DNA of 64,000 bases from Takakia lepidozioides (Eukaryota > Plantae > Bryophyta): contig CM060731.1 in assembly GCA_030704615.1 (NCBI GenBank), positions 37,200,001 to 37,264,000 on the forward strand. Direction: 5' to 3'. Within the stretch, counting starts at the first letter, position 1. Every line of letters starts with the position of its first letter. The notes beneath the pieces were generated by a model that was not told where the DNA came from, ran no database searches, and worked only from the letters and a program-made list of their open reading frames with translations. Positions 37,310 to 51,356 of the stretch are shown one piece after another. The position numbers and the translations under genes were made by a program.

Positions 37310-40300
37310 GTATGTGATCATCAGCTTTGACGGCAGAACGCCGGGCTTGATGAAATTATCTTCCAATCTGCAGCGGCAATGAGAAGGAGGGTGAGGGAAG
37401 ATAGAGTAAGACTTGAAGTAAGTATATGTCCATTTCCAAGCATAGGGAGAAGCTCTATTGAAAGCAACAGTAGGGGTATGGGCAGCAGACAGTCTTATTA
37501 TGACTTTCAGAAGCAAAGGACTGCGATCAAAGTGGTGACAATGACGTAAGGACTCCCTGAGCGTGTTGTGGTTTTGTTTTTTGCGGTGTGTAGCGCTGCC
37601 GGCACTGGGGCAGCAGGGGCTTGGTAAGGGTTGTATAAGCTGTGCTGCAAGAACCAAGCGCCCACCAAGCCAAAGTTGATGTCAGTAGAGAAGTAGCGGA
37701 GTGGGTTGCAGGGAGGTGGGAGAGACAGCGATGGGCATCATAGGATACAGACTGATGGGTCACTGCTAAAGCCAGATTTGGAGTGTAAAAAATCTGGTAA
37801 CTGATGAGACAGTAAGAATCAGGAGCGAGATAACATGTAGATGGAACATACATGCCTGGTTGTGGTTGCGGGCAGATTAAATCATGTGATAGATGCAGCA
37901 CAATCATGTAGGGCCTAGCCAACTCGTGAGTCGAGGGAAATGGAGTGGTATGATGTCGGTGGGTTATATGTGCAGTAACAGGAGCACCATTCGTAACGAG
38001 CAGGTGAACGATCCATGCCAGACATTGCATGCAGGGGGCAAAAGTAAGACGAGTACCAGCAGACCGACATATGTAATTCGAGCAGGGGCCGGTTGATGAA
38101 GTGGCGGAGAAACAGGGTTCTGGTAAGTGTGCTGACCTGCGGCGAGGTGGAGAGCCCGGGTGATCAGCATGTGAGCTACACCAGCGGGGAGGGAGGGAAC
38201 AGTTACACTGGGGATTTCATGAGGGCAGTGCAATCATATCATAAGTCCCGTTGGAAGCTAGAAAGCAGAGAACGTCTAGTAGAGTGGGTAGGAGGTTACC
38301 TGGGAGTGAATTAGACGACGGTAGAAGGGAAGTGGTGGGGGGTCTGCTGATCTTGTGAAGCCGCCATAGGATTGGGGACTTTGGCAAACAGGCGGGCTGG
38401 TTCGGTGTAGCGCCTGATAAATGAATGCAGACCCTGTCATTTCTACATCTGCTCAGGGCTGGCAGTTGGAAATGGTGATTGACAGCAATATAGGGCTGGA
38501 CGTGAGCAAGCCTGTGCATCCATTGCTGTGGCCGCCTGCTTTGTGGGGCAGATCCTGGGGGATGCTTGCAGGGGTGGCCGAGCAGGGTTTTCTGTTGAGC
38601 ATGTCGGAACCACACATTCGTGAGGCCCACTGAGCTCGACTTTTGTAGCCCAGGCAGCAGTGGGCATCCCTGCAGATCAGCATGACTTGCCGTGGGGGTA
38701 GCTGCACAGTTTACACCAAACAATTTGTGGAAAGAATGGCTATCCAGAGCTATAGGCGTTACAGATGAGGCATTATGCTTACTAAGTTGTAGAGTAGAAT
38801 TACTGTAGTTAGCTAGCATAAGCGTGGTGACCGACAATCGATCAGCAGAAATCAGATGGTGTAGGGTAAGGTACTGCCTCATAATCTCCAGCAATTTGTG
38901 CAATGATGCGGTGGGTAATTGGTTAGTAGCCTCTGGGTAGCTGCCACAACAGGATAGATAGTAATGTTGGCGGAGAGGCCTTGGTGACTCAACTGTATTA
39001 AGCGTATTGTTGACAATCTTGTGGGGCTCCGTACTCAAACCATCTGTTAAGTCATTATAACTGAGGTATTGAGGGAGAGGGTGACCATGGAGGAGAGTAG
39101 CTTGCTTGGAAGCCCCAAGCCCACTGGGGTCAGACCGTGTCGAGAGTTTTGAGGCTGGGTAGAGTGCCAAAAAAGCTTATCCCACAGCTCCTGACCAGGG
39201 GTAGCCACGTAGTGTCTCCGAACTCGGGCCCTTGAAAGGTGTCTACCGTTGAGGAGCTCGGGGGGCAGGTCTCGTTGTGACTCCCAGCCAGGGAGTTTCA
39301 GCGGGGTACTCATATTCATCAAATGTCTCCGAATGTATGCAATCTCCGGTCGCAATGGCCACTGAGTAAGAGAAATATAATTGACTTGTCAGGCAAAATT
39401 CAGAATCCCAGCCGGTGCCCAAACAACAGTTCAAAGTGACAGCCAGGGTTTTCTTCGTGTAAGTCTGCCCATATCCCTTTCACCCGGAGCATTCTTCAGC
39501 AAGAGTGCACACAGTTGGGCACGTTCCTACTAATGCTGCAACGAGAATAGTAGTGACTATCCTGATGGGTTCTTTCCTTAAACCAGCAGCCTTGGCCTTG
39601 AATCGGAGGTATTGATGGAGAGAGGGACCATGTGGGAGAATCGCTCTCTGGGAAGCCCCAGAGCCAAGTAGGGCCATCATAAAATGAAACTTGTTGGATT
39701 GGGTGTGTTGCAAACAAGCCTTATCCCCCATCACCTGCTCATCGGTAAATATAAAAGTAGCTTCCCAAAACAGGGGCCCCTGGTAGTTATCTGTCTTCGA
39801 GGAGCTCTTGGGAGAGGGCTTGTTGAGGAGCTCAGCAGAGGTGGCTACTGCCGTGTGCGCGTAGACAATAAATTTCGCCTGGTTGCAAGGCCACATTGGT
39901 AGGGTTGATGCAACAGATGTCACCAGAGGCTCCAATGCTGGTGTCTTGGCTGTGAGTGATCCAGCTTGGGGGAGATTGTAGACAGAGGTACTGCAAAGTC
40001 GGTGTGAAGTAGCACTCCAAAGCGGGTGGCATGATTTTCTCCATAGGGGAAGGGTTACAGCAGAGCAGAACAACATTGTTTGCCGTGGGGGTAATCACAA
40101 ACTCCAGCAAATTGCTCGGTGATGTGGTGGGCACTCGGTCAGTAGCCTCTGGACAACGGCCAACCGCTGATAGGAAGTCAAGTTGGCTGAGAGGCCCAAG
40201 TGCCCCGTTTGCATTAAGAGTATGATTGCCAAACATGTGGCGCTCTGCACCCAAACCAACTGCTTGAGTAATATAATTGAGGTCTTGAGGGAGAGGGTGA

Positions 40301-41805
40301 CCACAGGGGAGAGTTGCTCGCATGGCTGTCCCAAAGCTGCATGAGGCCAGGCCGCGTTGAGGATCTTTAGGCTGGTGGGAATGCCAAAAAGGCTTCTCCC
40401 ACAGCCCCTGGCCAGCGGTGGATATCCAGGTAGTGTCACAAAAATCGGGCCTTTGCTGAGTATCTACCTTTAAAGAGCGCGGGGGACTGGTCTCGTTGTG
40501 ACTCCCAGCCGTGGGGGTTTCAGCGGTGTACTCGTATACAACAAGTGTCTTCAAATGTGTGTCATCTCCTGTCACTGAAGCCAATGAGTAAGGGGTAGAT
40601 AATTTACTTGTCAGGCAAAATTCGGAGTCACAATCATTGCCAATACTGCAGGCCATTGAATCAGCCAGGGTTGCCCTCGTGTAAGTCTGCCCACAACCAC
40701 TATGCCAGGAGCCTCCCTCGGAAAATGTGCGCACATTTAAACCCAACCAGCAAAGTGTAGGTTTTGGGCACGAACCTACCTAAGCTGCATCAAGAGTAGT
40801 AGTGACAGTCCTGCTGGACTCTTCCCTTAAACCAGCATCCCTGGCTGTGAATCGGAGGTATTGATGGGGAGAGTGACCATGAGGGAGATTTGCTCTCAGG
40901 AAAGCCCTAGAGCCAAATGTGGCCATCATGAAATGAAAATCGTTGGGATGGGTGTTGAGCCAAAAAGACTTATCCCCCAGCATCTGTTTAGCGGTAAAAA
41001 TCCGAGTAGCATTCCAAAACAGGGATCCCTGGCAGGTATCAGTCTTTGAGGAAGCCTCAGGATAGGGCACATTGAGGATCCCAGTTGTATCTGTAAATGT
41101 CGCCTGGTGCAGTGACACATTGGTAAGGTTGATAAAGCGGTTGTCACCCGGGGGCTGCAACTCTGGTGTCTTGGCCGTGAGTGACCCAGGTGGGGGGGGA
41201 AATGCAGACAGAGGGACTGCCGAGTCAGTGAAGCGTAACACTCCAAAGTCGGTGGCGGGCTGTTCTCCGTTGGGGACAGAATACAACAAAGAAGGCATAG
41301 CGGGTATGCCTGCGTTGTTACTAAAGAGACACCTTCCAGTTCAACGTTCATAAGCAAGAGTACATTGGACGACGATCCATAAGGGGTATTTATCTGGAGT
41401 GGAATTGACGGGTGCCTCGCTTCTGAGACCTTAGGACTGTGTGTCGGACTGTCGGTACTCTTACAACGCTGCTCGTTTAGAAGCGTTGTCATGTTCCCTG
41501 GTGGTATTGCCCTTAAATCATTCAAAGTGGGATAGTTGGGGCTTGAATCACTCCATATCTTCCTCAGTGACCATTGTGCAATTTTGGGATGGTGTAGATA
41601 CGACTTCATTGGTGGACTTCTTGTTTTTGACAAGTGGGCAGATGCTGCAGATGCTGAGAAGGTCCCTGTAGGGTCTGAGTAAAGGCTTCTGTTCGGGCGT
41701 ATGACGACTTGCGTAGAACCCCGAGGTGGGAAGCTTCATGTCCATCCAGGGTCTGTGAGTAGAGAAGCAGCCCTGGTCATTTGGTAGGCATTCAGTAATC
41801 TGGTC
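37310..41805 (-). mobile_element. Unclassified degenerate element with a long broken minus-strand ORF containing a nested tandem duplication
   Basis: A chain of 170-317 aa minus-strand ORFs. Units ~38880-40075 and ~40095-41300 align, and each contains two related sub-modules. Confidence 0.5.
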
Positions 41806-41807
41806 CC

Positions 41808-44768
41808 TAACAGGTCACTGTCTACACTGATCACAAAAACCTCGAATATTTTATGAGTGCTCGGGTTTTGAATCGACGTCAAGCTAGATGGGGTATGTCA
41901 CTAGCAAGGTTTAATTTTGTTATTACCTATCGCCCCGGACATCTTCAAGGGAAACCCGATGCTCTTTCTCGACGATCGTATCTTGCGCCGAAAAAAATGA
42001 ATGCAGCTTTCGACCAACAGAAAAATCCATCATCTTGAAACCAGCAAATCTCCAATTGAATATGCTATCCATGTCCACCTATGATGATGCATAGATCATA
42101 AAGGAGATTCAGGAAGCACTGAAGAACGACCAATTTGCTACGACACTATGAAGTCAACTAAATCGACCTCGAGACAACCCACATTTTACAAACGACTTCG
42201 AATTCAAAGATGGCTTACTTTATTTCAAGAGACTTCTCTATGTACCTCTAGGACCTACACGACTTCGAATTCTTCAAACATGTCGTGATCTTCCGGCTGT
42301 AGGACATTTCGGCTTCAACAAAACAATGGAATTGATATCCAGGGACTATTGGTGGCCACAGATGTGGAAACTCGTGAAAGAATTTATAAAATCTTGCGAC
42401 ACGTGCGCTAGAGCGAAGGGACCACGACATCGACCTTATGGCCTTCTTCAACCATTACGCATTTCCAAGGGTCCATGGTCGTCCGTGTCTATGGACTTTA
42501 TTACGGACCTTCCAATTTCCAAGACCACCGATTCAATCTTTGTTATTATAGATCGTTTTACGAAGATGACACATTTCATTCCATGTAATAAGACGGCTAC
42601 CGGCGAGGAAACTGCAAGACTCTTCCTCAATAATATCTACCACATTCATGGACTCCCGAATGACATTGTATCTGATCGAGGACCACCGTTCATATCAAAT
42701 TTCTGAAAGAGATTATTTCACATATTGGATACTAAGATCAACCTCTCTACAGCTAATCATCCACAGACTGATGGTCAAACCGAACGTGTAAACAAGATTT
42801 TGGAACAGTATCTTCGCTGTACGATAAATTATCACCAAGATAATTGGACGGACTTTCTGTCATTGGCTGAGTTTGTCTACAACAACACTATACATTCTTC
42901 GATCAAGCAAACTCCATTTTTCTCCAATTATGGTCATCATCCTCGAGCAAACCCTTTCCACATGAAGACTGTTGGAAGCCATGCTGCAAAAAACTTTGCT
43001 ACTCATCTTGCTACGATTCACAAGGAGCTTACATTCCACCTCGCAGAAGCTAAAAAACAATACAAGGAATATACAGATCAACATCATCAACTCCAATCCC
43101 AGTTCAAGGTCGGAGATCGTGTGTGGCTTCTTCGACGGGACATACAAACCTCACGTCCATCAAGGAAGTTGGATTATCAACGCCTGGGACCATTCAAAAT
43201 TATTCGACAAATAAATCCGGTCAGTTTTCGGCTTGAACTCCCACAAAGTATGCGCATCCATCCAGTCTTTCATATTTCATTATTGGAGTTGTATCATCCA
43301 TCGAATATTCCAGGGAGAGTCTCCGTACCACCTCCACCAATCGAAGTCAATCAGGAAATTGAGTATGAAGTCGACGAAGTCCTAGACTCTCGCATCAAGT
43401 ATAAACGTCTTGAGTATTTCGTACATTTGAAAGGCTACGACATCAGCGAACGAATGTGAGAACCTTCATCTAACCTTGCCAATGCATCTGACAAAGTCCA
43501 AGAGTTTCATCAACGATATCCAGCTAAGCCCCGAGCTACACGTCAATAAGACGTCACAACGATGATGTCAGTCAAGTTAGCTTCAAGGTGAAGATTCCAC
43601 ATTCAATGTACCTGATACACGCTAAGGAGGGAGGAGCATCACACATCAGTATATATAGCTACACTTCCAGTACTCTTGCATCTTGTATTGGTAGCATGGA
43701 GTCACAGACACCAGATACATTAGAGTTGTCGCTTACCCAACTACCAGATCAGCCGTTCCGACCTCTCACGACCTTCAACATCACGCCGATGCTCTCGAGA
43801 CGATGGGCCATCAATGCGACGCTTACTTCCTCGTCTGGACCCCGTACGATGGCAAGTGGAGCCTACTCGAAGTCTGATAATGCTATTGGAGGTTGAGGCT
43901 TCAGATCCAGATGGCAACGAAATCATGTTTGAAAGCAACTTCGAAAATCAGAATGCTCAAATCATTGCGTGGTCCCAAGTTCAAGGTGTTAGACACTATC
44001 GATGGTTGCAGGGACCTATAAATCATTTGAGTCAAGAACGAAGAGCCGAATACTTGACAAAGTACCATTCGCCGGATTTTGGATTTTCTCCAACTCTAAG
44101 CAAGTCCAAGATTTTACCGCTCCTCGAGGAACTCGGTGCTAGAGGAGGGGGTGATGTCATGGACATAGCCCAGAGGAACTTACCAAGAGTAAATATCAGA
44201 AGTTACCAAATTACCGGAAGTTTTTTATTATTTACCGTAATTTACCGTGATCTACCATGATTTATCATTAGTTACCAAGTTACCGGGAGTTTACCAAATT
44301 ACCAATACTAACTTGAGAAACTGCTCAGGAAGCTTCCTTTGGAGGAAACTTCTCCATCAAGATACCTCCTTTGTTTAAGGAAGCTTCTCCATCAAGAAAC
44401 CTTTGTTTAATCGTGGAAACTTCTCCATCATGAAACCTCTATAGGGGAAGCTTCTTAGGGAACTTCTTAGTAGCCAATATATATAGGAGGCGAGACTGGA
44501 CACTCTTCAGTCTCGCCAACACAAGTTCAAGCTACTCTTGTTCCTAGTCCCAGTACTCCAGTCTTCCAGTACTCTAGTCCAGTTTCTAGTATTTGGTACC
44601 CCAGTCCAGTTTCCAGCATTCCAGTATTCACATTATCTTGTACTCTTGATCATATTGGTTTATGTTTACCCACCATGCATTCGGCCACGCTGACCTTGAC
44701 TTCTTGTCTAGTCTTGTACCTCTAGTCTGATCTCTTGTTTGTGTTCAGTCACGTTCTCGTCCTTGACA
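41808..44768 (+). mobile_element. 5'-truncated chromovirus copy 2 (RNase H end, integrase, chromodomain, 3' LTR 44155-44768)
   Basis: Starts at [14 protein letters not shown]. Colinear and near-identical to 9830-12808. LTR TGTCAT...TTGACA. Confidence 0.95.
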
Positions 44769-44915
44769 GCTCCCACCTTGAGAATCCTGGCTCTGTGAAC
44801 TTCCTGGAGCAAAAGCCTGTGAACTGCCTCTTTGAACTACAAAAACACTAACACATTAATACCATCTCCTGCAACATACTCAATAACTAATGGTATCGTA
44901 ATCAACAGATTAGAT

Positions 44916-45768
44916 TAGAAAATGCCAATATCATGCTTCGTATCTGGGCTCTTGAACAATATCGTGTGTTTCATCGCTTTATCCACCGTGTAGGCAATTG
45001 CGCCTAGGAAATCGGGACTGGTGCTGGGTATGCCTTCAGAAATGTCTAAGATGTCACCATGACCCCTCGACGTCTAACAAGAAACGTCAAGTCAAATGAG
45101 AAAATAATTCCATATGCCAAATTCATGCCATTCATGTACCTGTACAGTTGGGAAACAGACTCAACCAATACCACAGTCTCAGGGAGAGGCCATGGCCTAG
45201 TAACAGTCAACAAAGCTGCATACAAGTTAGGAATGGCCAAATCCGTAGATCTCCTAAACACGACTGACCTCTTCATTTCTACCACCAGAAACTGTCTATC
45301 ATTTGCAGACACTCCGAAATCAGCTTTCTGCAGAAATGAAGATGCCATCATCTCGGCTTGCTAGCTAGCATCCACGTGAGGGCTCGAAGAACTCCTCGAT
45401 TGCGCATTCGGCTGGATCAATAGTGGAACTCCAAGCAGATAACCAACCTTTAGTAGGATGTTTTGGAAATTGAACGACGCAGTGCCCTCGCTTGCTTCAT
45501 TATACATCAGGTCGTAGACTTGAATTGGAATCATATACGGAAGAGAGTTATCGATTCGATTAACGAGACCAACAACATTATCCTCACGAGTAGCATCACC
45601 AATATCATCATCAGTAATACCACCCAAAACATCCCAATGGAGGGCACTTATGGCAGTGTGAACTTTATTTCTCTTGATGGGCGTAGGACCAAAATCACTT
45701 AACGTATCGGGAAGTCTCTGCTGGAGCCATTCTCTTGGTTAACAGAGTCCAATTAAACGGAGCATCCA
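44916..45768 (-). pseudogene. Intronless pseudogene resembling a Crinkler-associated PD-(D/E)xK (REase-like) domain
   Basis: KADF...LVVEMKR ... QLYRYMNGMNLAYGIIFSFDLTFLVRR...LDISEGIP..SP.FLGAIAY. One stop and two frameshifts. Confidence 0.6.
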
Positions 45769-46683
45769 TGATCAGTCTACCAGCCTCCAGACAAGATCAA
45801 ACCGCAATTAAACCTACCATCAACAATGTAAATTCACTTAGAACTGAATCACAACAACAGTTCGCCACCCAAAAGACCTTCATCACAAAACGAAACAGAA
45901 CAACTTAAACAGTTGAAACTCTTCATCTCTCTCTCTTGCGCGCGCATCACCTAACAAACCCTAGCACACTACTTACTTGTCAGAAACACTCTCACAGCAA
46001 AATCCACGTGATCACGTCTACTCTAAACCCAAAACATTGTCCTGAACGCACCCCCCCTTCAAACATCGCTCCGCAACTTGCATCTTACTACGCAGATCGC
46101 AACAATACGCAACAACAAGCGCAATTCGCAACCAGATGAGCCAGTCGACTCATCGTTTTCACCACCATGATTTAGGTGATACTTGGGTTTTTTTTTTTTT
46201 TTTTTTATTGACACAAACAACAAGCTTTATTATCGTTGTGAAGAAAGAAACAAGAAAACCCAGCCTAGAAAACAAGGTACTTGGTTTTAAAGATACTACA
46301 CATCTTGATTTCATATAGAGAATTTGCTTTTTATTCTTTATTTTTAATAAAGAAGTTCTTTATATCAATTAGTCAGCCCATATTTTTGTAGCAAGTTGGC
46401 TAAAATTAGTAAAACAATATCACATTGGGACATGTAAGTGGTTAAAAGACATACATGTAATATTTACCATAATTTAGCGATGGTAAAATTAAAATAATAA
46501 AATTACTTGCATGTATTATACAAAACAATGGGCCACTTTACATGTGGAGTTAAGGTCAATTTCTTTTAGTCCAATCTTTGAGACTTTCTTAAAGGCATTC
46601 TTCAGTCATTGAATTCTTCTTAAAATCTAACATTGGAAAATTGGCCTCAACAACCATTTCTTGGCCCTCCAAAATACTTAGTA

Positions 46684-47097
46684 GGGTATGTTGGCCTATG
46701 ACCGTCCTATAACGATGGTGAAAAATCCAACGGTGATTTTTTTTTTCGTTTTTACCCCGGGTAAAATCCGTAAGGTGCCCCACATATGGGGCAACCTACA
46801 AACTTGGAATTATTTGATTTCATGGATTTTACAGAAAGTTATAGGGTTAGTCAAACCAATCAGAATTTGTGTTCACCCAGAGCCCTATGACCAATCGCAG
46901 TTTTGGGGGGATTCTATCCAACAATTGTTTGCCAAGTGGCAATAATGGTCAGTCTTAGATCTATCCAAGAGAGCCAGTACCCACAAGAGTACCAATGAGC
47001 CACTCTGGGACCAGCACTGCATGGTCATAGGTACTGACAGAAGCGTTAATGGGGTGTTCGGTCGTAGACGCCTGTTCGGTCATAGGCCAACTTACCC
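46684..47097. mobile_element. MITE with 21-bp TIRs, TA-flanked
   Basis: GGGTATGTTGGCCTATGACCG / CGGTCATAGGCCAACTTACCC (1 mismatch), with TA on both sides. Confidence 0.75.
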
Positions 47098-47293
47098 TAG
47101 TACCATTTTGGTTGGCTTGAAGCCACCGTACATCCAAATTTTTGAAAGATTTACAAATAAAAATAAAAATAAAAATAAAAAATCCAATTTACATGATGGC
47201 CTTGATTCCTCATCTAAAGTGGTTAAAGGTGGTATCAAATTTATCAATGAGAAGAAGTTATGCAACCACTTCTTGGCCTTAACTAGGCCTTAA

Positions 47294-48188
47294 CCCCTAA
47301 AAGACAATTGTCCATAGATGTGTTTTTTAGGATTTTAGCAAGTTTCTACGATGTCAATTTTGAGTTAGATTTTTTATATTTTCTTAAAAGTGCAAGAATG
47401 TATTAGCTTTGTGGAGATATATTTTTTATTACACCGGACATTGGGAAGAAAAGTTATGTTCCTCCAAGTGGTTTTTGCTACTTGTCAGGCAACTCACCTC
47501 TACTACGTCTGACAAGTAATTGATATGATATTCTTTGAGGTTATCCAAAACCAATTCTTTTTGGTGCAAACATTTCACTCCAAGAAGAGTAAAGGTTTGG
47601 TGACCCCAGTGGGACAAGGTGCACAAACTTAGCACCTTCTAGCACTTTTTATGGGAGATTTTTTTTTTTTTTTCATATTTTCTTTTCTTTTTTCTCGCTA
47701 CTAGAAATGACAAGAATATTGTTACTAAAGATTTGGATTAAGATTTTATAAAAAATTGAGCTCACCAAAAAATAAAATGTGTATTGGCAAGATTTTGAAA
47801 CTCTCTCCATTGCAGGATTCTTTTGAACATGTTATGCCCCTCCCCCACCTCTCAAATTTGGTATATAAGTAGGTAACATGGTCTTCTTTGTAATGCTAAA
47901 AAACCTCCAACTTTAATAGTGAAAAAATTTCACTTCAAGAGGAGTCAAAGTCTGTTGATCCTACCATGTACAATGCCAAAAAAATATATATATCTTTGCT
48001 TCAAATGCTATAATCTTCCATCCATGAAGTCAACTTTGCTGAAACAAAATATAAACATTCTTCTAGTAGTCTAATTGGAGATCCTATGCTTGAAGATGGA
48101 ATAAAAACATTTGTTTTTTTTTTCTTTGCACTAGAAATGGTAGTTTTGGAGTGTTTTTTTGTGAAAAGTAGTTAAGAAATTTTAGAGG
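47294..48188. mobile_element. piggyBac-like family 2 copy
   Basis: TTAA|CCCCTAAA ... TTTAGAGG|TTAA. Colinear with 24688-25549. Confidence 0.72.
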
Positions 48189-48318
48189 TTAAATTGTTTG
48201 CCTTTTCTCAACTCAAACCAATGTATATTTTCATTTTTTTTAGCTATTCTTACTTGAGGATCATGTCATATTGTATCCATATTGTGTAAGTACATAGTAA
48301 GGAGAATTAATTAATTAA

Positions 48319-49980
48319 CCCTTAAAGGTTACAAGGTGCCTCTAGAATTGACGATTTGAGAAATAACATTATAAAAAACTATTTGAAAGAATGATACGTA
48401 TAAATTTTGAATTTTAGATTTTATCCTTATGGTTAGAATCACCAATGCTGTCACCTATAGCATTCTTAAGCAATTGCAGTAACTCACCCTAGTCTTGGAA
48501 AGTGGGACATCAACAATAAATACTAGTGAAGGCATGTGGCAGTGAATGCATGAAGACATGAGTGTAATTTGGTGACTTGGCGCACAAACTCCTGCAAACT
48601 CTGTCAGGGACACATAGAACATCACCTAATAATGGTTTACAATACTTGGAGCATACTAAAAGTTGAACAATAGGTGAAGAGAAATTCAAAATTCAAAATT
48701 CAATTTTTTTGTGACAAAGAATGTACAATACAATAAACGACTCTGCAATATCTGATGCGTAGTAATGTAATACAAACTCTGTAATATCAAAGACATAATG
48801 ATAGTGACTATGCAATACCTAATCTATTATATTAAAAGTACAGAGTGTCACAATACCATGTCACTACCCTACCTGATATTCGTCATGATGAGATCCTCCA
48901 AGTTTTTTGATCATATTTTCAAATTGATTTCTACAGCTCCCATTTTTTTTTCCATTTCTTGTGCTTTTCTTTGTTGTTGTCGCATTGCAACAAGGTGTTT
49001 GCTAGTGTAGTACTAATGTGACACAGACTACAATACCAAGAACAGTACCTGTGCAATACTTCATGCACCCAGAAACCTACGCACCAAACTAGTCAATACT
49101 TAAGGGACCCAAATAATCCAATGATCTTCTCAACAACACCAATGATTTTATAGAAGTGAGAAATACAAGAATAAGGCTTATCTAGAAGGCTCAAAGACTT
49201 GTGTTGGTAAGATTGAGGTTCCCTCATCTTACCTCTGTTATATATTACCATACCTACTAAGAGAAGCTCATTAAAAACGATACAAATCTACAAGATAGGC
49301 TTTGGTTGACTTGCTGAAGTGATAAGGACTGTTCCTAAATCAATCAAGTTTTTTAAAGTTCTAAGAGTTCTTAAGAACATTATGCAAATATACTTTAGAG
49401 GCTTACAAAAGTCGATGTAAATCCATTCTATAACATCTTAGATAAATTTTAGAAGGTCCTACACAACCATTTTGACCATTCATGTAAAATGTATGCCATG
49501 CCCATGATCCAAACTCCCTCCATCTTCAGTAGAACAAGCATTTGATGTACCTTTGAATGATAGAATGATTCTCTTAAAAAGAGAGTGTCATTGAAGAATG
49601 TCATGCCAATATTTTATTATACTATTTGAAATAAGTTCAAAATTACTTCTAAATTTGATTACAAATAAAACTTTAAATTTTTTTGAATAAGGATTTGTTG
49701 GAATGGATTTGAAATGAGGTACTTTTGATATGGTGATTTTTTTAATTTGTTTGGTTGCTTAAATCCTTAACTTCATTTTTGCAAGACCACTTTTGAACTA
49801 AACTCAATGCAAATTTGGCTTGATCAAAATTTCACATACTTCTGCGCTTGTAATTTTAATAAAATATGTATTCTAATAAAACCTAATCCAATCATTGGAT
49901 ATCACAATAAGTTAATGAAATATCATCAGAAAATGTTTTGCAATGATAAGATACATGAAGCGGGAGGTCTAGGCCCCTAT
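48319..49980. mobile_element. piggyBac-like family 1 copy (inverted), interrupted at ~48470-49620
   Basis: TTAA|CCCTTAAAGG. 48319-48470 and 49620-49970 match the reverse complement of 22690-23209. Confidence 0.55.
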
Positions 49981-51356
49981 GCCTGCAAATTATTTCTTTT
50001 ATATATTTAAGTCATCTATTTTTTATAATGAAAACAATGCCACGTTAGAAATTTCATGTTTCAAATTTATTGCAAATATGTTTATTAAACAATTCTTAAT
50101 TTTTTAATTACAGTAAAAAAATAAATCAATTATTGCTATCATGAAAATTATAACTTAAAATTTAAAATTTAAAATTCATAATTTTTCATAATTTACAATT
50201 CAAAGTGTAGAACTTTTGTTTTGATATCAATCCTTCAAGTTGTATTCTTCAATGAATAATTAAATCTTCAAACCAAGAGGTGAATTGGTTCCTTTTTGGT
50301 TTTACATGTTTTCATTTAATTGTAAAGAAACTAAGAAATAAGCTTAGTGCCAAAGGAGAAGGATGGAGTAGTTCTACATCACTAACCTATGTCCTGCGGA
50401 CAACTATAGAAAGGGCTTCACATAGCATCTTGGAAGCAAGTTTTTTTTGAATAAAATGTGTTACAATTACAACTAAGAGACACTTAATTCTTAGCAGCCC
50501 TTCAAAAATAACCCTAATTTTTCTTTACAACTAAGAAATACACAAGAACTCTTCAATGCAAGGCATCAACCCAATCATTCAGCAGATTTCAGTTGGAGGC
50601 AGTAGAACCGAGAACCTTAAATTTCAACCACACTGCAAAATCATGGTGCACATGTTAAGACTCACATGTTAAGACAACAGAAAGATAGCTACAATACAAT
50701 TTATATTTTGTAACACTGCATACATAGCAAGTGTATTCAAACCATCTATAACTTGTATGATCACAAGTGCCAAAAATAAAAAAATAACACCCCAGGAAAT
50801 TAGTTCAGCAGTTCGCATTCAAGCAACTCAAGATAGATGTCTCTTTTGAGATAGCAGCGCCCTAACCAACGCACAGTGGCGGTGCCAAGAACATGGAAAC
50901 TCGCAAGAACTGGGCAGCTTGCAAATCTACAGAGTGTTTGAAGTATTTCTGAACAATAACAAAATGAAACTTGCGCAATCCTTCGAAGAATTTCCATGTT
51001 GATCAACAGCCCTAAACATATAATCATGGCTAAAGGAAAGCTAGAGTGTCACTGGATAACAAACTTGCTTGGCAGGATGGAGGCACTAACCAAGCCTGTA
51101 GCCAATCAGTCCTTCACAGACCGTACTATAAAAAAAACTGTATTACTGAAAACTTAAAGCCCTTGGACTTCACTATCTTCTATGAGTTTGTCTGCCTGTG
51201 ACTTCTAGCTCAGGATTCTTACCTTTGTATCACCAGGAACAAGAAATTCGATATCACCAGGAATACCTCTAGTAAGTCTTTGCAGAGTATTTAAGGCAAT
51301 TGACCTCAGAAAAATTCTTCATTCCCTGGTGGTCGGCTGTCCATATATTATTCCAC

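Noticed and set aside
37313-37540. Possible short LTR (TGTGA...TGACA)
   Set aside because: There is no second copy in the window and no convincing PPT or PBS.
37801-37830. CTGATGA as a hammerhead ribozyme core
   Set aside because: There is no stem II followed by GAAA.
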